From an uncultured Desulfatitalea sp. (GTDB lineage Bacteria; Desulfobacterota; Desulfobacteria; Desulfobacterales; Desulfosarcinaceae): a stretch of 64,000 bases of DNA. A program made the translations under genes and the position numbers. The notes beneath the pieces are model-generated. The model saw nothing but the letters and a program-made list of their open reading frames with translations. It searched no databases and was not told the DNA's origin. The stretch is from positions 1,248,001 through 1,312,000 of the forward strand of contig CAXXMB010000001.1 in NCBI GenBank assembly GCA_963668675.2. The letters run 5' to 3'. Below are positions 52,622 to 60,118 of the stretch, in pieces (positions within the stretch are counted from its first letter, which is position 1; each line of letters begins with the position of its first letter).

Positions 52622-53143
52622 TTATTTTCCCTGTTGCCGTTTCAAGGCAGCAAGCTTTTTGAATTCATCCACCACTAAAATCCGGTTAAAGTCCAAAATG
52701 GCCATAAGCTGCTCGTCCAACTTGCAAACACCGCTGATATATTGGCTCTTGAGCGCGCTCAACACCATTTCGGGTGGCGGCTGGATGGCACTTTGCGGAA
52801 TTTTGATGACGCGCGTCACCTGGTCGACAATAAAACCGGTGACCCTTTCTCCGACATTTAAGATGATGGTCCACGTTCCCGAACGGCTGTCCTCATCATC
52901 GGGTTTGGACAGATTCAAACGCTTGCGCAGATCGATGATCGGTATGATTTTGCCCCGAAGATTGATGACCCCTTCGATGAAATCCGGCGAATCGGGTATA
53001 CCCGTGACCGGGCTCTCCTTGATGATCTCTTGAACCGTCAGGATATCTACGCCAAAAAGCTCGCCGGCCAGAAAAAAGCCGACCATCTGAATCAAGTCTT
53101 CTGCTTCGGATTGCTGCTGGTCTATGGCAAGGCCCTCATTCAT
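52622..53143 (-). CDS. cheW: Chemotaxis coupling protein CheW
   Basis: FGVDILTVQEII, IEGVINLRGKIIPIIDLR and GFIVDQV; ATGA overlap with the upstream stop. Confidence 0.93.
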   Translation of the reverse strand: MNEGLAIDQQQSEAEDLIQMVGFFLAGELFGVDILTVQEIIKESPVTGIPDSPDFIEGVINLRGKIIPIIDLRKRLNLSKPDDEDSRSGTWTIILNVGERVTGFIVDQVTRVIKIPQSAIQPPPEMVLSALKSQYISGVCKLDEQLMAILDFNRILVVDEFKKLAALKRQQGK

Positions 53144-54402
53144 ACGCACATCTCCTTCATTGACTTTTTATGAGCCGATAGAAAAGCATTGATCGCTCCT
53201 GCCATCTGTTTGTCACTGATCAAGTGGGTCAAGTTGTATTTCGCTTCCGCCTTTTTGGGTGTCTCCTTAAAAAGGCAGCTTCTCGGGTCCTGCACGAAGG
53301 CGGCCCCTCTGTTTTCGATGATATCCCCAAGCCCTTCGATGCCATCCTTGCCGGTCCCGGTAAGGATAACCCCGGCGGTATTTTCATGCATGGTGTCTGC
53401 CGCTGATCGCATCAGCAGGTTGATGGCCTCTTGTTGCGCACCGTCGGGCAGACCGTTCAGTTTAAGGTAGAGGTGATCGGCCTGCCTTGAGACCGAAAAA
53501 AACTCAGTGTCCGCCGAGAGATAGCAATGGCCGCCTTCAAGCACCAGACCATCGCTTGCACGCCGCACGAACAACTGACTGCATTGGTCCAGATATTTCA
53601 CAAATCCGTCGATATGGAGCGGGGCCTGATGCATCACTGCAATATAGGCGGCAGGCATGGACGGGTTGAGACGCGGTATCACATTTAATAGCGTGCCGTA
53701 TCCACCTTCGGCAACGCCAATGATCACCAGGGAATGGCAAGGCATCTGTTCGCCGCTTTCCGCATCCTTATCCTTGGCCGGTCGCCTCAGGTAACGAACG
53801 GATTCGATCTGCACCTCTGATACCAACTTTATCTTTCTTACGATCTCTTCGCGTTGAGACTTCAGGTCAGCCCCTTTCACCTGTGAAGGTTTGGGCAAAA
53901 AATCGATGGCGCCATACTTAAGCGAATCAAACGTCTCCTTCGCCCCCTCTTGGGTCAACGCACTGATCATCACGGTGGGAATGGGATGGTTGATCATGAT
54001 ATGTTTAAGCGTGGTCAATCCGTCCATCACCGGCATGTTGATATCCAAGGTGATCACATCTGGCCTTTCGGCAGCAATCAATTCCAGCGCTTTTTTCCCG
54101 TTTTCGGCCTCTCCACAGACCTGCAAATGGCCGTCGGCCTCTATGATCTCACGCAAAACCTTACGGATCAGCCTGGAGTCATCGACCACCAGAACTTTCA
54201 ACATCCGATCCGACACTTTCTCCTCTGGTCGAGCGCCCTGACCATGAAGCGTCGCTTCAACAGTTTTTCCATTCTGCCTGTTGGTCAAAGAAACCATCAA
54301 TGTCTCATTACATACAGAGCAGGAAAATTTATAGCTGTTCCCCTTTATCCGCGCTTCGTCTATATCGTGCCGCGTGCCGCACTCTTCACAGAACAATATC
54401 AT
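53140..54402 (-). CDS. Zinc ribbon-REC-CheB-like fusion, catalytic Ser replaced
   Basis: CEEC...CSVC N-terminus, REC, GVAEGG in place of GASTGG, VMHQ and LTGTGKDG. Confidence 0.85.
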   Translation of the reverse strand: MILFCEECGTRHDIDEARIKGNSYKFSCSVCNETLMVSLTNRQNGKTVEATLHGQGARPEEKVSDRMLKVLVVDDSRLIRKVLREIIEADGHLQVCGEAENGKKALELIAAERPDVITLDINMPVMDGLTTLKHIMINHPIPTVMISALTQEGAKETFDSLKYGAIDFLPKPSQVKGADLKSQREEIVRKIKLVSEVQIESVRYLRRPAKDKDAESGEQMPCHSLVIIGVAEGGYGTLLNVIPRLNPSMPAAYIAVMHQAPLHIDGFVKYLDQCSQLFVRRASDGLVLEGGHCYLSADTEFFSVSRQADHLYLKLNGLPDGAQQEAINLLMRSAADTMHENTAGVILTGTGKDGIEGLGDIIENRGAAFVQDPRSCLFKETPKKAEAKYNLTHLISDKQMAGAINAFLSAHKKSMKEMCV

Positions 54403-54831
54403 CTATCTTGCCCCTGTCATTTCCGAAATGTCACAGACGCTGAGTGGTCATCAAAAGCCCCTGCTTGACATACTCACCGATGTGCTGTTCCAAATATCGG
54501 TATTTGGGTCCATATTCTTTAACAACCAGATTTCGCCGTTTACGACGGCTATCCAAATGGGTAGCGTTCCGATTTATGAGTCCTTGCTTTTTGCGCGGAT
54601 TTGAGTGGGTGTCGAGCAGGAGATGGGGGGGTGGATGACCGATTATTAAGACACCAGGCGCTGCTTCAACGGCAGTACGCAACGGTTCCGGTAGCCTCTC
54701 CAGGCTTATCGCATGAACCGATGGCTTGTCGATATGAATATCCCGCGTTTCCATTACAAATATCAATATAGCGTCAGCACCAACTATTCAACTCGCCTCT
54801 ACCCCGTCGAAAGATGCCATCTATTGAAGGA

Positions 54832-54847
54832 TGCGATGCCTCTGCCA
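54832..54847 (-). promoter_or_regulatory. Possible sigma54 -24/-12 element upstream of the che cluster
   Basis: Minus strand TGGCAGAGGCATCGCA fits GG-N10-GC, but lies about 430 nt from the first gene. Confidence 0.3.
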
Positions 54848-55245
54848 GATCGTTTCGAAACACTCGTCGTTTATCGTGTTTCGCTTTAGGCTATTTTCGA
54901 TTTGGCAACCCCCACTTTTTACTGCCGGGCACCTACCCTACAATCAATAATTTTCAAAAAAACTAATGATATATAACCGCAAGGCCGCCCTTAAAGTCAA
55001 GACAAAAAACAACAGAACCGCCTCCATCCGCCTATGACAGAGGGGGTGTCAGCGCAGGTCCGATGCATTTCGGAACCACACCATATGCAGTTGGAGTGCC
55101 CCTCCGGATAAATGTAGTCTTTTGGAAAGATTACAGGCCAGTGCAGTTAATACGGGGTGATTGTGTGCAGTGCGGGGATGGTGACATTGTAACGACCGGG
55201 TAATCGTGGGAGTCGGTACAAAGCTCAAACGATTGTAGAGGTCAC

Positions 55246-56340
55246 TTATGGCAGGACATCGAGCCCCTCATCCATTCTACGCAATCCTTCCATGAGCAGC
55301 TCCATGAACATTCCAAGTTCGGGCATAGTCATCTCCTTTTCCGCTAATCCGGGCACAAAATGAAAACGCCCTGCCTTCTCCTCCAGCACGGCAAAGAAGG
55401 CGGATTTACCATTTTTGCGCCCGTAGTTAGCTTGAATGACCGACCCGCCTCGAAACTTAACGCTGGCGGGACCTTTCGACAGATTAAGCCTCAAGGTGCC
55501 TGTCTTTTGATTGTAGTTGAGGGTCTGGAACAACTCCACAGGCGGCATCTGGGCCAACGTGCCGGTCATCCCCGAAGAGAACTCTTTGGATATCATCACG
55601 TTTGATTTAGCCAAACGCCGAGAGAGCAACCTGGCAAAATACATCTGCAGAGAGGGAAAGCGATTGAGGACCTTAAGAAAATCCTGCCCCCTGATAAACA
55701 GTACCGTGGTCGGTTCTATCACCTTGATCGTTGCGCCTACCGGATCGCCGCTGATCAGACTCATCTCTCCGAAAACTTCTCCGTTGCGTAATTTGGTAAT
55801 GCTGATGCCGTCCTCATCCACAACATTCACTAGTCCAGACAGGATAATATAGAGATTCTTCCCCGGCTCCCCTTTTGAAATAATGCGATCGTTGAAGCTG
55901 TATTTTCTAAGTCGCAAGAGAGAAACGAAATCCCTCAGGCTGTTATCATCAAGCGTTCTGAATATTGAAAAATTGCTCAAAAGGCTGGCGATGGTAGCCA
56001 CGTCCGTACTATGTTGTTTAATATCCTCAACCAGGGCGATAGAAGCGCCTTTCTTGTGCTCCAGCCGTATTTCACTGTGGCACTTTCCGCACGAAATAAC
56101 CCGATCGGGAATGCGGTCCACCCTCTCGTGTTCAACAAGGATTTTGGTGAGGGCTGCAATCAGTATCCTGCACTCTCTTCTGTTTGAGGGAAGATCGATA
56201 ATGGCGGTCGAGATGAATTTACTCCCCTTGTTATGCTCCAGCAGCAAGGCATTACCAGAAATTTTGAATTCATCACCCTTTTTGTAGTAGGGGCACCCAA
56301 ACACATCTACAACTTTGAATATGGCTTCGCTGAAACTCAT
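55246..56340 (-). CDS. Cys-rich N-terminus / cNMP-binding / DUF4388 protein
   Basis: 'CPYYKKGDEF...C...CGKC'; cNMP 'GEPGKNLYIILSG...GEVFGEMSL'; DUF4388 'GMTGTL...ELFQTL..QKTGTL...LLMEGLRRMDE'. Confidence 0.85.
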   Translation of the reverse strand: MSFSEAIFKVVDVFGCPYYKKGDEFKISGNALLLEHNKGSKFISTAIIDLPSNRRECRILIAALTKILVEHERVDRIPDRVISCGKCHSEIRLEHKKGASIALVEDIKQHSTDVATIASLLSNFSIFRTLDDNSLRDFVSLLRLRKYSFNDRIISKGEPGKNLYIILSGLVNVVDEDGISITKLRNGEVFGEMSLISGDPVGATIKVIEPTTVLFIRGQDFLKVLNRFPSLQMYFARLLSRRLAKSNVMISKEFSSGMTGTLAQMPPVELFQTLNYNQKTGTLRLNLSKGPASVKFRGGSVIQANYGRKNGKSAFFAVLEEKAGRFHFVPGLAEKEMTMPELGMFMELLMEGLRRMDEGLDVLP

Positions 56341-56568
56341 TTTGCCTTCCGAATGCTATTTGGATTTACCTTCTCAGCGTTAAATGGGCCTATCTGGTTA
56401 AAAGCCGTATTAATGCGAGGGCATTACGTTTAATACCAATTTACATCGGTTGATGCAATGCCCTGCTAAAGTGATTTTACAGGATAAGATCAAGAGGGGG
56501 CTATTACAAGGCGTGGCGTGCCACGAAGAGATCCTTGGATTGACGATGGCGGAGAATATCTAGCAAGT

Positions 56569-56751
56569 AAAAAAGCCTGTGGGTGAATTCCCAGCATTTA
56601 AAAGCGCACCCTTACTTTCACACCCATCCATACTTACTAATCGGCTGAAAATCACACCCACAGGCCAAACTGGTCACACTGAAAGTTCCGTTCCGTTGCA
56701 AGCATTAGCTCAATTAGTGATAATTGTACTTTGTATGGACTTGCGAACTGA
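56569..56751 (-). ncRNA. Candidate sigma54-dependent small RNA (~180 nt)
   Basis: Starts ~12 nt below a -24/-12 element; ends in an 11-bp perfect stem (56655-56665 / 56575-56585) plus U6; no RBS-supported ORF. Confidence 0.55.
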
Positions 56752-56761
56752 ATATTTAGAG

Positions 56762-56777
56762 TGCATGATTTATGCCT
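56762..56777 (-). promoter_or_regulatory. Sigma54 -24/-12 promoter
   Basis: Minus strand AGGCATAAATCATGCA (GG-N10-GC), directly downstream of a sigma54 activator gene. Confidence 0.65.
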
Positions 56778-56881
56778 AAATCAATCCCGGAGATCGACTC
56801 CTGTCATATGGCGTAAAATCAATCTATTCAAAAGGTTATTTATTGCTCAAAAAATGGGTCAAGATGAACCAATGCAGGCAA

Positions 56882-56991
56882 GTGCGCCATTGTGGCACAC
56901 CCAGGGACTCTTCTTCTATAAAAACCCTTACAGAATAAAACAGATCGCTAAGTGCGCCAATTTGACATGTTGCCACGCCGATTTGTCGCAC
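56882..56991. promoter_or_regulatory. Three enhancer-like (UAS) palindromes GTGCGCCA-N3-TGGCGCAC
   Basis: GTGCGCCAttgTGGCACAC (56882-56900), GTGCGCCAattTGACATGT (56952-56970) and CCACGCCGattTGTCGCAC (56973-56991); the last two are 21 bp apart. Confidence 0.6.
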
Positions 56992-58372
56992 CTTTCCAAC
57001 TTCCTCCAACCGCTTTAAGCTTCCGCTGAAGCGTCCTAAGCCCGATGCCCAATAGTTTTGCCGCATGCGTTCGATTTCCTCCGGTCATTTGCAGCGCCTG
57101 TGCGATATGACTCATCTGAACCTCAGCCAGGGTGGGAAACTCCTCCTTTGGATGGGTTTGCAGTCCACCATGGGTGATCAGATCACTGACGGACGACACG
57201 GAGAGTTCACTCCCCTGTTCGACCAAGAGGGCGGAAGAGATGATATTTTCAAGTTCGCGGACATTTCCGGGAAAGCTATACCGTTGAAGCACATCCAACA
57301 TTCCTGGAGACAACCCTTTAATATTTTTTTTATTCTTAGCAGCATGGGTATTTAAAAAATGGTTCGCCAACACGCCGATATCTTTAGGGCGTCTTCGCAA
57401 AGGGGGAATATGGATGTGATATTCATTCAAACGAAAATAGAGATCTCTCCTGAATTGACCGGAGGCCATCGCCTCCCCGATTCGCCGGTTGGATGCGGAC
57501 AGAATTCGCAGATCCACATTGGTAACTTCGGTGCTCCCCAGAGGATAAAACTCTTTCTCTTCAATCACGCGCAACAGCTTGCCCTGCATTACCGTATCCA
57601 ATTCGGTAATCTCGTCGAGAAAAAGCGTACCGTCCCGGGCCGCCTCGAAAAATCCCCTTTTGTTTGCGACAGCACCCGTATACGCCCCACGGATATGCCC
57701 GAAGACGTCATCTTCAAACAGGGTCTGGCTGAATGCAGACATATTGACCGCTACAAAGGGCCCCCTTCTGCGTCCGCTGAGGTTGTGAATAATCTTGGCC
57801 AGCATTCCCTTGCCGACCCCTGTCTCTCCTGTAATCATCACATTGTAGTCGCTTACGGCGCATGTTTCAGCTTGATGGAATACCAGGGCCATCGCTTCGT
57901 CCTTCGCCACCATATCGCTGAAAGCACCCGGGTCCCGGAGATCGTCGAAACTTTGGGGACGTTCAAAAAGTGCCATCCCCTTCTTGAGTTGATAACGTTC
58001 GAGAGCGTGGTCAATGGCAATGGCGGTGCGCTCAAGATTGAGCGGTTTGACCAGGTAGTCGTATGCGCCGTATCGCATCGCCTCTACCGCCATCTCCACT
58101 TCGTCGACGGCGGTCACAATGATGCACTCGGTGTCAGGCGCATTGAGTTTGATCTGTTTGAGGACCTCCATACCCCCCAGGTGGGGCATGATCAAATCCA
58201 ATAAAACCAACTGGAAATGCTGGGTGCCGACAAGTTCTGCCACCTTTCGACTGTCGGATACCAGACCGGGATCCGGCAGCCCGGCACTCAACAATGCGGT
58301 ACGAATAGCGAAGAGCAGGCCCTCATCATCGTCTACGATTAGTATAGGCGAGTTCTCAGGAAGATATTCCAT
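56948..58372 (-). CDS. NtrC-family sigma54-dependent response regulator
   Basis: REC (LLDLIMP), GETGVGK, GAYTGA, LFLDEI, FRRDLYFRL, FPGNVREL and Fis-type HTH; ATG 58372 overlaps the kinase end. Confidence 0.93.
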   Translation of the reverse strand: MEYLPENSPILIVDDDEGLLFAIRTALLSAGLPDPGLVSDSRKVAELVGTQHFQLVLLDLIMPHLGGMEVLKQIKLNAPDTECIIVTAVDEVEMAVEAMRYGAYDYLVKPLNLERTAIAIDHALERYQLKKGMALFERPQSFDDLRDPGAFSDMVAKDEAMALVFHQAETCAVSDYNVMITGETGVGKGMLAKIIHNLSGRRRGPFVAVNMSAFSQTLFEDDVFGHIRGAYTGAVANKRGFFEAARDGTLFLDEITELDTVMQGKLLRVIEEKEFYPLGSTEVTNVDLRILSASNRRIGEAMASGQFRRDLYFRLNEYHIHIPPLRRRPKDIGVLANHFLNTHAAKNKKNIKGLSPGMLDVLQRYSFPGNVRELENIISSALLVEQGSELSVSSVSDLITHGGLQTHPKEEFPTLAEVQMSHIAQALQMTGGNRTHAAKLLGIGLRTLQRKLKAVGGSWKGATNRRGNMSNWRT

Positions 58373-59990
58373 TGAGTTCGTTTCGGACGATATCGATAAA
58401 ATGGTCCATCTCAAGCGGCTTGGTTACAATTTGTCGAAACCCCATCCTCAGGGCCTCCTCAAGATTGGGGTGATCCGGAAATCCCGTCACGATAATGGCC
58501 TTCATCCTTCCCAGCCCCAACTCGTTTTTAATGGCACGACAAACCCCCAAACCATCTATTTCAGGCATGAACATATCCAAAACCAACAGATCCGGTGGAT
58601 CGCTGCCCAAACGGATCAGCGCCTCAGTCCCGTTGGCAAAGCCTTCAACCATGCAGCCGATCTTTTTGGTCAAGGCCTGAATAAGCAGTGCCCTGAAACT
58701 CGCGTCGTCATCCACTACCATGATCCTGCATGGTTTCAGCTTCTTGGATATGGGCAGAGAGACGGTAAATTCAGTTCCCCTGCCCTCCTTGGAGTTAAAG
58801 GTTATCTCTCCGTTGTGCGCTTTGACCAGGTTGTATGTGACCGACAGCCCCAAGCCGGTACCGCCCTCTGACTGTCGATCGGTAACGAACGGATCGAAAA
58901 TTTTATCTGCCACAGCCGGATTGATGCCTCGACCGTTATCTGCGACGACAATAGCGATGGCCCGCTTGTTTTCCTGCAGCTTCGTCTCTATGCGCACACA
59001 CCCCTTATTGTGATGGATACTCTCATGGGCATTGATGATTAGGTTCAAAATGATCTGTTCAAGATTCTGGAGGTTGGCACGGAGCAATGGCAATTCAGGA
59101 GAGAGCGACACCTTCAGATCGGTTTTCGATTTAGAGAGGGTAGACGACGCCAGGCGGGCCGCATTTTCAACAGCGACATTCACTTGGATATCGGACGTAT
59201 CCACCGGGTTGCTTTTGCGTGAAAAGCCTTTCAGCCCTTTGACGATTCTGGCGACGCGGTTGGCAGCCATCTCCATATCGGTAATCAGCCGAAGAATATT
59301 CTGCTTTATGAAATCGAGTGTCAGCCCTCCGAACTTGAGATTTTCCGACGTTCGGGGATGGCTGTCGAGCAGCGGCAGCAGGTCTCTCCACATCTTGTTG
59401 AGAAGCGGCAGGTTAAACAGCATCAGATTTATGGGGTTATTGATTTCATGGGCCACCCCCGCTACCAGAGTGCCCAAGGACTCCATCTTTTGTGCCTGAA
59501 AAAGCTGCTTTTCTATTCTTCGTTGGGCGGACATATCACGACAGATCCCTCCAACCGCCCAGATATGCTTCTCCTTGTAGATGGGATAGAGAATGACCAG
59601 ATGGTATCTGGCCCCTTTGCCTGTCGCGGCTTCATGGGAGAAGGAGACGGCCTGTCCGTCGGTGTATACCTTTTTGACCTTTTCACGATAGAGCATTGTA
59701 GCATCGTGGGGGCAAACATTCGGCAACCTTCGTCCAATCAGCTCAGCCCCTCTGCTCAAACCGAACTGCGAGACGTTGTCGTTGCTGTATAGGTAAGTTC
59801 CCTTCCGATCCAATATAAAAAGATGGTCGCCAGAAAATTGGGCCAGCGCCTTGAACTGGAGGGCATCATTTTGCATATCGGTGTTGGTCTGCTTTAGAGT
59901 CGCCAGCGCCTCTTTTAGTTCATAATTCTGCTGCAAGAGATAGGCGACCTGCGCTTGATCCGCATCGATGCGTTCAGTCGAATCCTTCAT
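58356..59990 (-). CDS. Cytoplasmic hybrid histidine kinase (coiled coil-PAS-HisKA-HATPase-REC)
   Basis: PAS, AGVAHEINNP, NLIINA, DNGRGI, GTGLGL and C-terminal REC (VLDMFMP); no TM segment. Confidence 0.92.
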   Translation of the reverse strand: MKDSTERIDADQAQVAYLLQQNYELKEALATLKQTNTDMQNDALQFKALAQFSGDHLFILDRKGTYLYSNDNVSQFGLSRGAELIGRRLPNVCPHDATMLYREKVKKVYTDGQAVSFSHEAATGKGARYHLVILYPIYKEKHIWAVGGICRDMSAQRRIEKQLFQAQKMESLGTLVAGVAHEINNPINLMLFNLPLLNKMWRDLLPLLDSHPRTSENLKFGGLTLDFIKQNILRLITDMEMAANRVARIVKGLKGFSRKSNPVDTSDIQVNVAVENAARLASSTLSKSKTDLKVSLSPELPLLRANLQNLEQIILNLIINAHESIHHNKGCVRIETKLQENKRAIAIVVADNGRGINPAVADKIFDPFVTDRQSEGGTGLGLSVTYNLVKAHNGEITFNSKEGRGTEFTVSLPISKKLKPCRIMVVDDDASFRALLIQALTKKIGCMVEGFANGTEALIRLGSDPPDLLVLDMFMPEIDGLGVCRAIKNELGLGRMKAIIVTGFPDHPNLEEALRMGFRQIVTKPLEMDHFIDIVRNELNGISS

Positions 59991-60118
59991 TCGATGCCAT
60001 GCCTTAACGACCGCTCTTCCATTCCGTACAATACCATCGCTGCCACATATTGAATGTTGAGAATTGAGAACTGCTTTTGTGTTCAGCTATCTATTCATCC
60101 TGCTAATGAGTTGACCTG

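Noticed and set aside
54431..54766. 111-aa minus-strand ORF upstream of the che operon
   Set aside because: No RBS or recognisable domain; not called, though it cannot be excluded without a homology search.
54880..54960. Minus-strand GGGGGTTGCC resembling the 3' end of a c-di-GMP-I riboswitch
   Set aside because: The required upstream GGCAAAC...GAAA...GACGCAAAGC core is absent.
56503..56523. Minus-strand TGGCAC as a sigma54 promoter for the cNMP-DUF4388 gene
   Set aside because: No GC at the -12 position (TGGCACGCCACGCCTT).
56650..56705. 17-codon ORF (MLATERNFQCDQFGLWV) inside the candidate sRNA
   Set aside because: No convincing RBS; treated as non-coding pending ribosome profiling or conservation data.
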